NCBI GenBank assembly: GCA_964016885.1
Contig: OZ024745.1
Coordinates: forward strand, 131,626,001 to 131,690,000
DNA from: Eledone cirrhosa
Lineage: Eukaryota
Length of the DNA: 64,000 nt
Reading direction: 5' to 3'
Below the pieces are notes generated by a model. That model saw nothing but the letters and a program-made list of their open reading frames with translations, did no database searches and had not been told where the DNA came from. The position numbers were made by a program, and so were the translations under genes. This document shows, piece by piece, positions 25,841 to 39,284 of the stretch. Within the stretch, counting starts at the first letter, position 1; each line of letters opens with the position of its first letter.

Positions 25841-26407
25841 TGGTGGCTGCCAACTCGTTTTCGAGTACGGCCACTACTTTATATCCATGTAGGAGAACCC
25901 CTACTGATGCGCTGAACGAGTGTGACTTTTTAGTCCAACCAGCTACTTGAGAACTCTGGTACAAACACTACACTTGTGACAATTATTGACACATAGTGCT
26001 GGGCCCATGGTACCATGTGACGACAAGTGAAGAGAGATCTCCAGATATAAAGCAATGCCTGTGCCGTGAAGCTTTTATAGTGAGCAAAGGCACTGCACAA
26101 AGCCAGTCCCACTCTCTTAACCAAGATGATATTTACCAAAAAGAAGAACAAGTCAACATCATTGGATACCATCAGGGTTGCAGGTGTTATATCAGAGTTT
26201 TCCTTCTCCTAGAATTCTGCCTTGACAAAGGCTAAGGGGTCATCTCTCCCGGTGATTTTGGATGGCCATTGACTCTTAAGAGCTCCTTTGACAGGTTTTG
26301 TTTTTAGTCCTGCAGGATGTCCAAAGTCACCCTCCTCACCAAGAAACCTTGGTGGGGTTGCGAGTTTAGTCGCCAACGACCCGACCATGAGACAGGTTGT
26401 ACTGGGA
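25841..26407 (-). mobile_element. Unclassified interspersed element between (CATA)n tracts
   Basis: Both ends recur, fused, at 36853-37012; contains ctaggagaaggaaaactctga, reminiscent of RTE 5' UTRs. Confidence 0.6.
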
Positions 26408-26590
26408 TACATGTTACACACATACATACATACATAAATACACACACACATACATACATAAATACACACACACATACATACATACACACACACACATACA
26501 TACACACACACACATACATACATACACACACATACATACATACACACACACATACATACACACACACACATACACACATACATACATACA

Positions 26591-26621
<31 letters not shown>

Positions 26622-27029
26622 GATTATACATAGCTTCAGGAAAGATCAAACAACAAGATAAACTCTGATAATTAAATAATAGGGAAACAAAGACGATATT
26701 TACAGCTCCTGTATTAGAAGACACATATACAGAGATGTAGATTTATTGAAAGTAACATATAATGGAATATTTGGTGTGTACTGAGAGAACCTCACTTGTA
26801 TCATACACAATCTATAATATATAGATTTATCTATTTATCAAACTGACACAGAGATCTGTAAGTTCACACTCTATACATAGAGTATATTGTATTGAAAAGA
26901 GTATTCACCCAACATCTCACCCCATATATAAACATGGTTAAAAGAGTATACTCCCAACATATAAACATGGTTAAAAGTGTATATGCACATATAATGTCTT
27001 CTTATATATTAGTCTTTTTACCCCTCCCC

Positions 27030-27275
27030 CCATTGGTCACTTATGACCATGGTGCTGCACCTCGAAAGTTTCCCTCTGAGGCACAAACCTGGGCAAGGTG
27101 TGTTTGTGGAAGACCAGCAGTCACCCATACATATCAGTCTCACCTCTACATGCCACTGATGTTGTCCAGGGAAAGGTAATGGCTATCACAGCCTGGCACC
27201 AGTGACATGGCAACTCATTTCTACATCTGAATAAACTGGAGCAATGTGAAATAAAGTGTCTTGCTCAAGGACACA
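27030..27275 (-). mobile_element. Internal SINE fragment related to 38730-39045
   Basis: gaaagtttccctctgaggcacaa...ggcaccagtgac...ctggagcaatgtgaaataaagtgtcttgctcaagg. Confidence 0.75.
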
Positions 27276-27584
27276 TGACACATATTAGTAATCACAGATT
27301 AACACATGCAGGCATACACATATAGACAGACAGACAGATACAGACAGACAGACAGAGAGACACAGACAGATACAAGTATCAAGGTGAGAGACTGGTGTTA
27401 GGGAAAGCATCCAGCCATGCAAAACTACAAGTTCCAAAATTGATTTGTTCAGTTCATTAGGTCTCCCAGTTGGTCCCAGCAGGCTTCCTAGAATTGCTCA
27501 CCAAGCAAAGAAACACTTTAACAACTAAAGCCACATGAAACACACACATGCACCCCACTATATATATATATATCTATATATATA

Positions 27585-27920
27585 TCATCATCATTTCATT
27601 TTACGTCCGCTTTTCCCTGCTTGCAAGGGTGGGACGGGAACTGATTCTGGCTTGATTTCTACAGCTGGATGCCCTTCCTAACACCAACCTCATTTACAGT
27701 GAGTACTGGGTGCTTTTTTGCCATGGCACCTCCACGACTACTTTGCAATGGAATGATAGGGAACCCAGTCCCTATCATCTCATTTCTACAGCTGAGTAAA
27801 CTGGAGCAATGTGAAATAAAGTGTCTTGCTCAAGGAAACAACACATCACCCGGTCTGAGAATTGAACTCACAACCTTTCGATTACAAGGCCAATGCTCTA
27901 ACCACTAAGCCATGTGCCTC
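27585..27920 (-). mobile_element. Full SINE family B (tRNA head, CORE-like middle, RTE-derived tail)
   Basis: Minus strand gaggcacatggcttagtggttagagc..gagttcaattc..ccttgagcaagacact..cccacccttgcaagcagggaaaagcggacgtaaaatga. Confidence 0.9.
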
Positions 27921-28234
27921 TCTCTCTATATATCTATATATAAAGCTAGTTCCACTATCTTGCAGATTTTCAACTCGAGTTGAAAATCTGCAAGGCAAAA
28001 CACGTGTCCTCGAATATGGTTTGCTAACCATAGTGGAACTAGCTTTATGCCAAACTCGTCCTATGGACTGAGTGCTCTCCTTACTACGGATATAACCTCT
28101 CAGTGGTCTACCACCATATATATATATAATTCAAATTTAAAATATATATACTTATGTAGCTATATATCATTAGAGAAACGCATAGTATTTTGTACATACA
28201 TATAAAAAACACATAATAATTAGGAAACAATATA

Positions 28235-28450
28235 CAGGGTGCGGACAGTATTTGAGGACAGATTTATGGTTTTAAAAAACGCTTATATAACAGAAAAAAA
28301 ACTGTATTCTTATAAAAATAACAAACATAAAGCTAAATTATTAATTTAATAATTTCATTCAATAAAACCACCATAAGCATCAATAACTGCCTCCACGCAG
28401 GGTCAAAATCATTTACAAGCTCGGATTAAGTTGTCCTTGTTCATATTGGA
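28235..28450 (-). mobile_element. Tc1/mariner 3' relic (transposase C-terminus plus TIR)
   Basis: 28450-28355 reads SNMNKDNLIRACK*F*PCVEAVIDAYGGFIE*; TA-cagggtg terminus at 28233. Confidence 0.75.
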
Positions 28451-29352
28451 CAGACTCAAACTATTGCAGCTTTATTTTAATGTGACTTTACCACCTTAAA
28501 GTATTTAATATCTCCTATGCTTTATATATATATGTACACAATACTATGTCTCTCTAATGATATATAGCTACATACATATATATTTCTTTTTAAATTTGAA
28601 TTATTGATGCCCTGGACAAATGTCCATTGAGCTTTTTTACCGAGAAACATATTCATCATAGATATGATATATGTTATGATACCTTAAATTAGTATATAAA
28701 ATATGGCTAGATATCTATATAACCAGACTGAAAAACAAGACATTTAATGGCTAAAAGGTACTGATGATATAATATACAATGCTGATGGTATAATGTAAGT
28801 TTTGCTTAAAGAATTATTAATTAAATTTCAAAAAAGAACAGACTAATAAAACTGTCTTCAATGGTGACAAGAGAGAAGAATACAATTTATTCAATGTTTA
28901 AGCTTCAATAAGCCTTAATCAATAAATGTGAAATACATAGAGAACTGTCTATAGAATCCTCTATATCCTGATTAGGGCTTATTGAAGCTGAAACAGTGAA
29001 TAAATTGTATTTTTCTCTCTTGTTAGTATTGTATGTGGCCTTTGCTTCAGTTTTCAATTTACATTGCTAAATTCTATGTCTCTAAGGGTTTCAACTTTAC
29101 TACAAGCATTACAATATATATAAGGTCAAGCAGATCAGTATGTTAAAATCACCATAGTTAATTTGGCTGGAACACAGAGCATTGGTAGATCAGTGAAAAT
29201 GCAGCTCAGAATTGATTCTCCGTTTCAAGATCCCTAAAGGTCACTAATCCGAAATGGCTTACTGATTAGTGATGTCTCATTGGTTAAAAAACAATCCCTG
29301 CTGGTTTACATAGAAGAAGTGGTTTATAAATATAATAGACTATTAAACCCGA

Positions 29353-29713
29353 ACTAGACAGTAGTTTGGTGCCATGCCACCCAGGGAGTTGCTATGTAAC
29401 CCTCCAACATGTCCACTAGACAGTAGTTTGGTGCCATGCCACCCAGGGAGTTGCTATGTAACCCTCCAACATGTCCACTAGACAGTAGTTTGGTGCCATG
29501 CCACCCAGGGAGCTGCTATGTAACCCTCCAACATGTCCACTAGACAGTAGTTTGGTGCCATGCCACCCAGGGAGCTGCTATGTAACCCTCCAACATGTCC
29601 ACTAGACAGTAGTTTGGTGCCATGCCACCCAGGGAGTTGCTATGTAACCCTCCAACATGTCCACTAGACAGTAGTTTGGTGCCATGCCACCCAGGGAGTT
29701 GCTATGTAACCCT
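29353..29713. repeat. 62-bp minisatellite, about 6 units
   Basis: actagacagtag at 29353 and 29415. Confidence 0.95.
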
Positions 29714-29845
29714 CAAACTCCAATGTCAAATACTCTTCAGTAAGTTCTCAATTATCTTTAAAATCCCAATAATATTTATTATGTTATGAACAAGAAGACA
29801 ACAGCATACTTGGAAGATGTGGAACTGGACATGGACAGAGTTATA

Positions 29846-32810
29846 CACCACCACTACACTGTTACCAGGACCACAACACTGCTGACATCACTACACTGTT
29901 ACCAGGACCACAACACTGCTGACACCACTACACTGTTACCAGGACCACAACACTGCTGACACCACTACACTGTTACCAGGACCACAACACTGCTGACACC
30001 ACTACACTGTTACCAGGACCACAACACTGCTGACATCACTACACTGTTACCAGGACCACAACACTGCTGACACCACTACACTGTTACCAGGACCACAACA
30101 CTACTGACACCACTACACTGTTACCAGGACCACAACACTGCTGACATCACTACACTGTTACCAGGACCACAACACTGCTGACACCACTACACTGTTACCA
30201 GGACTACAACACTGCTGACATCACTACACTGTTACCAGGACCACAACACTGCTGACACCACTACACTGTTAGCAGGACCACAACACTGCTGACACCACTA
30301 CACTGTTACCAGGACCACAACACTGCTGACATCACTACACTGTTACCAGGACCACAACACTGCTGACACCACTACACTGTTACCAGGACTACAACACTGC
30401 TGACATCACTACACTGTTACCAGGACCACAACACTGCTGACACCACTACACTGTTACCAGGACCACAACACTGCTGACACCACTACACTGTTACCAGGAC
30501 CACAACACTGCTGACATCACTACACTGTTACCAGGACCACAACACTGCTGACACCACTACAACACTGCTGACACCACTACACTGTTACCAGGACCACAAC
30601 ACTGCTGACATCACTACACTGTTACCAGGACCACAACACTGCTGACACCACTACACTGTTACCAGGACCACAACACTGCTGACACCACAACACTGCTGAC
30701 ATCACTACACTGTTACCAGGACCACAACACTGCTGACATCACTACACTGTTACCAGGACCACAACACTGCTGACACCACTACACTGTTACCAGGACCACA
30801 ACACTGCTGACATCACTACACTGTTACCAGGACCACAACACTGCTGACACCACTACACTGTTACCAGGACCACAACACTGCTGACACCACTACACTGTTA
30901 CCAGGACCACAACACTGCTGACACCACAACACTGTTACTAGGACCACAACACTGCTGACATCACTACACTGTTACCAGGACCACAACACTGCTGACATCA
31001 CTACACTGTTACCAGGACCACAACACTGCTGACATCACTACACTGTTACCAGGACCACAACACTGCTGACATCACTACACTGTTACCAGGACCACAACAC
31101 TGCTGACACCACTACACTGTTACCAGGACCACAACACTGCTGACATCACTACACTGTTACCAGGACCACAACACTGCTGACACCACTACACTGTTACCAG
31201 GACTACAACACTGCTGACACCACTACACTGTTACCAGGACCACAACACTGCTGACACCACTACACTGTTACCAGGACCACAACACTGCTGACACCACTAC
31301 ACTGTTACCAGGACCACAACACTGCTGACACCACAACACTGTTACTAGGACCACAACACTGCTGACATCACTACACTGTTACCAGGACCACAACACTGCT
31401 GACATCACTACACTGTTACCAGGACCACAACACTGCTGACACCACTACACTGTTACCAGGACCACAACACTGCTGACATCACTACACTGTTACCAGGACC
31501 ACAACACTGCTGACACCACTACACTGTTACCAGGACCACAACACTGCTGACACCACTACACTGTTACCAGGACCACAACACTGCTGACACCACAACACTG
31601 TTACTAGGACCACAACACTGCTGACATCACTACACTGTTACCAGGACCACAACACTGCTGACATCACTACACTGTTACCAGGACCACAACACTGCTGACA
31701 CCACTACACTGTTACCAGGACCACAACACTGCTGACACCACTACACTGTTACCAGGACCACAACACTGCTGACACCACTACACTGTTACCAGGACCACAA
31801 CACTGCTGACACCACTACACTGTTACCAGGACCACAACACTGCTGACATCACTACACTGTTACCAGGACCACAACACTGCTGACACCACTACACTGTTAC
31901 CAGGAGCACAACACTTCTGACATCACTACACTGTTACCAGGACCACAACACTGCTGACACCACTACACTGTTACCAGGACCACAACACTGCTGACATCAC
32001 TACACTGTTACCAGGACCACAACACTACTGACACCACTACACTGTTACCAGGACTACAACACAGCTGACATCACTACACTGTTACCAGGACCACAACACT
32101 GCTGAGACCACTACACTGTTACCAGGACCACAACACTGCTGACACCACTACACTGTTACCAGGACCACAACACTGCTGACACCACTACACTGTTACCAGG
32201 ACCACAACACTGCTGACACCACTACACTGTTACCAGGACCACAACACTGCTGACATCACTACACTGTTACCAGGACCACAACACTACTGACCACTACACT
32301 GTTACCAGGACTACAACACAGCTGACATCACTACACTGTTACCAGGACCACAACACTGCTGAGACCACTACACTGTTACCAGGACCACAACACTGCTGAC
32401 ACCACTACACTGTTACCAGGACCACAACACTGCTGACACCACTACACTGTTACCAGGACCACAACACTGCTGACACCACTACACTGTTACCAGGACCACA
32501 ACACTGCTGACACCACTACACTGTTACCAGGACCACAACACTGCTGACACCACTACACTGTTACCAGGACCACAACACTGCTGAGACCACTACACTGTTA
32601 CCAGGACCACAACACTGCTGACATCACTACACTGTTACCAGGACCACAACACTGCTGAGACCACTACACTGTTACCAGGACCACAATACTGTTGACATCA
32701 CTACACTGTTACCAGGACCACAACACTGCTGACATCACTACACTGTTACTAGGACCACAACACTGCTGAGACCACTACACTGTTACCAGAACTACAACAC
32801 TGCTGACACC
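29846..32810. repeat. 37-bp minisatellite, about 80 units
   Basis: caccactacactgttaccaggaccacaacactgctga; period from 29854/29891. Confidence 0.95.
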
Positions 32811-33041
32811 CCCACAACACTGTTACCACCACCACAACACTTTTACCACCACCAGCAACACTACTACCACCACCACAACACTACTGCCACCACCACAACA
32901 CTCCTACCACCACCAGCAACACTACTGACACCACCACAACACTACTACAACCACCACAACACTACTACAACCACCACAACACTCCTACCACCACCACCAC
33001 AACACTACTACCACCACCAGCAACACTACCACCACCACAAC

Positions 33042-33193
33042 AACCAAATGACTAATTCTGGTTTTATAAAAAACCAATGGAGACAACTTAGAAAAATTAC
33101 CGACATCCCCTCCCAAACACACTTATTCAAATTCCTCTGCTTATCCCCCCCACCACTTATTCCCTGCCCCCTATTATTTGTGACCCGAGAGTA
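33042..33193. mobile_element. Dispersed repeat end (MITE-like); second copy at about 62095-62212
   Basis: Shared aaccaaatgactaattctggtttt..aaaaattaccga..attatttg..accc.ag.gta. Confidence 0.5.
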
Positions 33194-33688
33194 GGTGCTG
33201 CAACACTGTAAACCTGATGAGGTAATGTCTGTAAGGAGTGCTAGACCATAACAGACAGAATATCACGTAGGATACAATGGTATTTTAGTAGCCAGCAGGT
33301 TTGTTTCAGAAACAGCATAGTTTCATCTCATTATTAAAACATCATTTGGAGTGATAAAGGCTTATTATTGTAAACTGAGAAGTTATTAAGAATTAATGAC
33401 ATAAATATAATTACAACAAAACAATATAAACATAATTACAACAAAACGATATAAATATAAATGGAAAAAAATGAAATTTCATTTCTCACTCTTAGTACGG
33501 CTGATACTTAAATATAAGTATGTATACGTACATATATATATGTATACAGACATACAGTAGTATGTATATACATACATACATGCACACATATATATATGTA
33601 CGTATGGATTTACCGAACATTTATTATAATGCTCGGTTTGTTTGTAAACAAACAGCCCAAATTATTAGCCGTACACTGACTAAGGAAT

Positions 33689-33727
33689 GATGAACTAGTT
33701 TCTAGCTTATTAGCTGTCATCAGCACC
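33689..33727 (-). ncRNA. Minimal type I hammerhead motif
   Basis: ggtg-CTGATGA-cagctaataagcta-GAAA-ctag-TT-catc; palindromic stem III. Confidence 0.6.
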
Positions 33728-34627
33728 GAATACCTTCCTGTCAGTCAATTGAACGTTGGAAAGTATATACTTTCAAACGTTCAATTGAAAGTATATACTT
33801 TCCTTATGCATATTAACGGCTAATAATTTGGGCTGTTTGTTTACAAAGAAACCGAGCATTATAATAAATGTTTGGTAAACCCATACGTACATATATATAT
33901 GTGTGTATGTATGTATACACATACTGCTGTACATCTGTATACATATATGTATATACGTATACATACTTTTACATATAAATATAATTACAACTAAACAATA
34001 TAATTACAACTACAACACAAATGACCTCTCGTTAATATACATAGTTGCTACAAACTTCAAAACAGTTTCACATAAATGAAAACATAAGAAGAAAACAAAG
34101 ATAAAGAAATAGTTGAAGAATTAAGAATAATTATCTACAGCAGATGATTTGTACTTTGTTAATGGCAACTATTGTACAATAATAGTTTTACAACTTCAGC
34201 TTCTCACAATAATTAGACATGGTAGCTAGTTCTCAAATGAAGATTTATATCTTATATTTTTCACTTGGCCATAATGAAACTGTGTAAGCTGACTAAAAAA
34301 ACATGATTTGTTAAAAAAGAAATATTGATTTCTTATTGACTAAAGAAATAAAAAGTATTTCCTCTTGATTTATAGGTGGCGGGGAGAAAGTTGATCTTGG
34401 TGTGTTTTTCCTGTCTTCCCCAACAGCAATACTGGTATGTACTTAAATATCGAGATAGATAGATAGATCCTATCATAATAACCCTTTTTCAATTATTCTT
34501 ACTTTCTTCCTCAATCCCAAGTCTTTCTTATCTATGTAGTGTCTGCCATTCAAACGTTAGTTCTTGTCTTATGACCCTGTGGTAAACAGGCGAAACTCCA
34601 GAGTAACAACACTCACTTTTTACCCTT

Positions 34628-34824
34628 AATAATAATTGTTTCTACTTTTGGCACAAGGCCAGCTATTACCCCAGTGTATTACTGGTACTTTATTTTATCG
34701 ACCCCGTAAGGATGAAAGGCAAAGTTAACCTCGGTGGGATTTGAACTCAGAATGGCAAGGGCCGTAACTCAATGCATCAGAGCATGGCGTCCGGCCCTCT
34801 ACCGATACTGCCAATCCACCGCCC
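34628..34824 (-). mobile_element. Full SINE family A copy
   Basis: Reverse complement of the family A consensus. Confidence 0.88.
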
Positions 34825-34998
34825 TTTAGCCTTAATAATAATGAATATTAAAACTCTACTTTAATATTGAGTACTCCTTTATCTGAGCTGTCAGCCACAT
34901 ACAGATATATATATATCATATTGAGTTTCAAGACCCAATATTGTCTACACCTTCAGATTACAAGGGAGATCAAAATTGGGACCTATCTTCAGGCACTT

Positions 34999-35117
34999 AT
35001 AATGGAGGAGATGACGAAGGACCGTGACAAGTGGAGAGATGCTGTGCTGAATAGGACCCGTTCAACCCTTGCAAGCAGGGAAAAGCGGATGTAAAATGAT
35101 GATGATGATGATGATGA
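34999..35117 (+). mobile_element. 5'-truncated RTE LINE 3' end
   Basis: EEMTKDRDKWRDAVLN...LASREKRM* plus (gat)n. Confidence 0.85.
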
Positions 35118-35322
35118 ATAGAAATAACGAGGAAGTTTCGTTTACATATGGAAAATATTTGTTGCGTATCGACCTGTTATGTGCATTTCGCAGAGGATTG
35201 GCTCAAGGTCACCCATAGGAGTTGTAAACAAAACTTCCTCATTTTTTCTATTATATACACTCTGCCTGTGCATAGAGTGCTTGGTTTGGTACCAACACCA
35301 GTATTTCACCATACTACATACA

Positions 35323-35368
<46 letters not shown>

Positions 35369-35599
35369 GGAGAGAGAGGGAGAGCAGTATTGGTCCTCAT
35401 ATCTAACTGGTATTATAATAATTGATACCAGATGGAGAGCAACATTCTTCAAATCTCAACACATATCAGAAGTTATTCTCACCAATCTGCCACTGCCGCA
35501 CCAGTTTTATGGAGTGAAATAGTTCCCTCCATTCAAAATAAGATTCTAGACTATCAGATATCTCCATATGAGCAGTCAGGTTCTTATTCCAGGCAAGAA

Positions 35600-36065
35600 A
35601 GTACAACTGTAGAAATATAGAGTACATCAGTAGAAATATAGAGCAGAACTGTGGAAATATAGAGTACAGCTGTAGAAATATAGAGTAGAAATGTGGAAAT
35701 ATAGAGTACATCTGTAGAAATATAGAGTACATCTGTAGAAGTATAGAGTACATATGTAGAAGTATAGAGTACATCTGTAGAAATATAGAGTACAGCTGTA
35801 GAAATATAGAGTACAGTTGTAGAAATATAGAGCACAATTGTAGAAATATAGAGTACAACTGTATAAATATAGAGTATAGTTGTAGAAATATAGAGTACAA
35901 CTGTAGAAATATAGAGTAGAAATGTGGAAATATAGAGTACAGCTGTAGAAATATAGAGTACAACTGTAGAAATATAGAGTAGAAATGTGGAAATATAGAG
36001 TACAGCTGTAGAAATATAGAGTACAACTGTAGAAATGTGGAAATATAGAGTACAGCTGTAGAAAG
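35600..36065. repeat. 21-bp minisatellite tgtagaaatatagagtacagc
   Basis: Direct. Confidence 0.9.
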
Positions 36066-36852
36066 AGGCAGAAATAGTGAATAAAGAGACTGTAGTAGTC
36101 TTTTGTGGAGAAACAGAAATGTGAACAGCAGGTCTGAATGATATAGAAATGGCTGCAGGGTTAAGATATTTGCTTTATAAGCATGTGGTTTACCATTGCA
36201 TCTTATCAGAAGGATGCCTTGTTATAGCTTTAGACCGACGTATTGTGAGGGAATTTAGTAAACAAACACAGTATGGAAGCTCATTGTATATAAGTAGTAT
36301 GTGTGTACGTATGTATGTATGTACGTGTGTGTGTTTGTATATGTGTGTGTATGTATGTGTGTGTATGTTTGTATGTATGTGTGTGTGTATCTATGCATGT
36401 TTGTATGTATGTGTGTGTGTGTATGTATGTGTGTGTGTGTGTATGTATGTGTGTGTGTATGTATCTGTGTGTATGTATTATGTATGTATGTATGTTTGTA
36501 TGTGTGTTTTTCTGGTTATATAATTTCACAAATGTTTACCAATAGAGAGAGAGTTGGTTTCTAACATAGACACAAGACTCTCTCATTGGAATTTACACAA
36601 CATCAACTAGGTAGATATGTATATATACATGCATGTGTAGATATGGATGTTATTGTATGTGTGGATGTGTATGTTTTGAGTTGTATGTCTGCATGTGTAT
36701 ATGCTTTGTATCTGTACATGTGTATATGCAGTTATTAGATGCACCATTTTTGGAATGTTTTACATATTTTTACTGTTCCGTTAATGGATTGTACTTGTAA
36801 TTATGTATGTATATATATGTATGTATGTGTTTATGTATGTATGTATGTACGT

Positions 36853-37009
36853 ATGGCGACTAAACTGGCAACCCCACAAGTGTAGTGTTTGTACCAGAGT
36901 TTTCAAGTCGCTGACTGGACTAAAAGGTCACACTCGTTCAGCGCATCGGTAGGGGTTCTCCTACATGGATATAAAGTAGTGGCCGTACTCGAAAACGAGT
37001 TGGCAGCCA

Positions 37010-37012
<3 letters not shown>
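36853..37012 (+). mobile_element. Internally deleted copy of the 25841-26407 element
   Basis: tggcgactaaactggcaaccccac joined to aagtgtagtgtttgtaccagag...gagttggcagccacc. Confidence 0.75.
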
Positions 37013-37062
<50 letters not shown>

Positions 37063-37157
37063 GTATGTATGAATATATATATATATGTATGTATGTATAT
37101 ATATATATGTATGTATATATATATATATATGTATGCATGTATATATATATATATATG

Positions 37158-37244
<87 letters not shown>

Positions 37245-37362
37245 GTATGTATGTATGAATGGATGTATGACTGACTGAACACGTGTTTTTCACAAAAACA
37301 TTTTTTTCTGTTCCTCCCTCTCATTCTCTATCTCTCTATTTCAACTTTTATTTCTCATTCTA

Positions 37363-37398
37363 TCTTCTGATGAAGGACTAGTGTCTGAAACGTAAAGA
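37363..37398 (+). ncRNA. Ultra-minimal hammerhead motif (loopless stem III)
   Basis: tctt-CTGATGA-aggactagtgtct-GAAA-cg-TA-aaga. Confidence 0.55.
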
Positions 37399-37482
37399 CT
37401 CTTTTCCTACTCTATTAAGTGTTAAACTAATATATTTCTTCATTGTACTGTATTGTTTGCTTTCTTGTTTCTGTTTACTTTT

Positions 37483-37531
<49 letters not shown>

Positions 37532-37615
37532 TCTGTGGTGCTGAGACCAGAGAGACCCCTAATCATGTGAGTACTCAATGCATGGGGAGATGCAGAGTCG
37601 GTATCTCCCCCCCCC

Positions 37616-37654
<39 letters not shown>

Positions 37655-37655
<1 letters not shown>

Positions 37656-37825
37656 TGAAGTTTCCGTTGAAAATTGAAAAAGTCATAGGAGTGAAGAGTG
37701 CTCTATGTAAGTACTAGAGCAAAATTTAATGTATAATAAACAATACAATATAATTACCTCATTACCAGAGGTTTCCCGAATAAGACGAATATGAAAAACG
37801 TCCTCATTCATCGGACAATGCAATT
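37655..37825 (-). mobile_element. Diverged relative of the 63120-63300 hammerhead element
   Basis: CCGATGA..GAAA-cctctgg-TA..ttgtttatta..gctc..catagagcactct; stem I lost. Confidence 0.6.
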
Positions 37826-38436
37826 TAAAACAGTGAAATATTTGAAAAATCTCCTCAAGAAAGGCAAGAGTTTAACGGGCAAAAATACAAAGCAAGAGAT
37901 ATATAAAAAAAATAAGGAAATATAGTTAGGGTATGTGTATAAATGTGTATATATTCACTGACAAATGTACATATGTGTGTATGTACAAATGCATGCGTAT
38001 AGTGAAAATGTGTGTGTGCGTAAGTGCGTATACGAGGGCAAGCATAATAGTGTATGTGTGACCAATATGTATATAATATAAGTTGAAAAATAATGTACAT
38101 CCAGATTTAGGTATTAAATATATACACATACAAGTATGAAAGCACGCATATAAACACACACATGCGATCATTTATATGCGGAAGATAAAAAGGGAAGGGA
38201 GTGTATTAGTCAAAAAGAGTGTCATATTCGATACATATAAAAATGAAACAATATATGAGAAAGAAAAAAATTTTGTTTAAATCAAAGAGAAAGTAAGAGG
38301 GAGGGGTTATCAATTATAAATTAACACTAGAGAAAAAGAAAACATAGGTTCACATGTACGCACACATACATATAAAAATATATATATGAATACGTACAGG
38401 CAATGTATGTATATATATGTGTGTGTGTGTGATTGT

Positions 38437-39045
38437 CATCATGATCATCACTGGTTGATGTCTATTTTCCATAAATTAGTTGTCACACCCCAAGGCTAAA
38501 CTGGCCAGGTGACCACATCTTGTTCGTTTGCACCAATTTTAGTTTGGTTTCTATATCTGGACACCATTCCTAATGTCGACCACTTTACAATTTACTGGGA
38601 CTCTAGTACTACCACCATACAGGAAGGAGTGATTGCTTTTTTCTGTGGCACCAACACTATCACCTTAGAGTGTGGACTGGGTGTTTTTTTATCAAGGCAC
38701 TAGCATTATAAAAGGGTAAAAGAGTAAAGACCCCTTCGGTCACTAATAACTGTGCAATTTGCACCTAGAAAGTTCCCCTTCGAGGCACAAGTCCAGGCAA
38801 GGTTGTTTGTGGAAGATCAGCAGACACCCGTGTATACCAGTCTCCCCTCTCCATACCACCAATGTTGTCCAAGAGATCGGCTGATACAGCTTGGCACCAG
38901 TGACGTTACAACTCATTTCTACAGCTGAGTAAACTGGAACAATGTGATATAAAGTGTCTTGCTCAAGGACACAATGCATCCCTTGGTCCAGGAATTGAAC
39001 TCACAACTTCACGATTGTAATCCCGATGCCCTAACCACTAAACCT
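38437..39045 (-). mobile_element. Long diverged tRNA/CORE-type SINE
   Basis: tRNA-like head at 38990-39045, CORE-like segment, (cat)n tail near 38437. Confidence 0.7.
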
Positions 39046-39284
39046 TCATTATATATAAATTAATATGTATATGTATGTGTGCATGTATCTTTGGTTCATA
39101 TTAGACCTCACTTGAGCAAGCTCAGCAGTTTGATGTGTAAAGATCAGTAAAGGTTTATGTCAGGGTATCTGTCTGTATAATACTACTTAAGAAAGATTAC
39201 AGCCTGGCTATATCATCAACATGAAAAAATTCATGTAATCATCAAAAATGATGATGATGATGATAATGAAGGTGACCCTAGCAC

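Noticed and set aside
27840-27920. tRNA genes at SINE heads
   Set aside because: The A and B boxes run into SINE bodies; no complete cloverleaf with an acceptor stem was seen.
33210-33323. Hammerhead aaac-CTGATGA...GAAA-cagca-TA-gttt
   Set aside because: Stem I pairs, but stem III has a C-A mismatch and the stem II base is unconvincing; at best a relic.
33816-33870. CTAATAA-tttg..caaa-GAAA hammerhead-like string
   Set aside because: Two core changes and no stem I or stem III.
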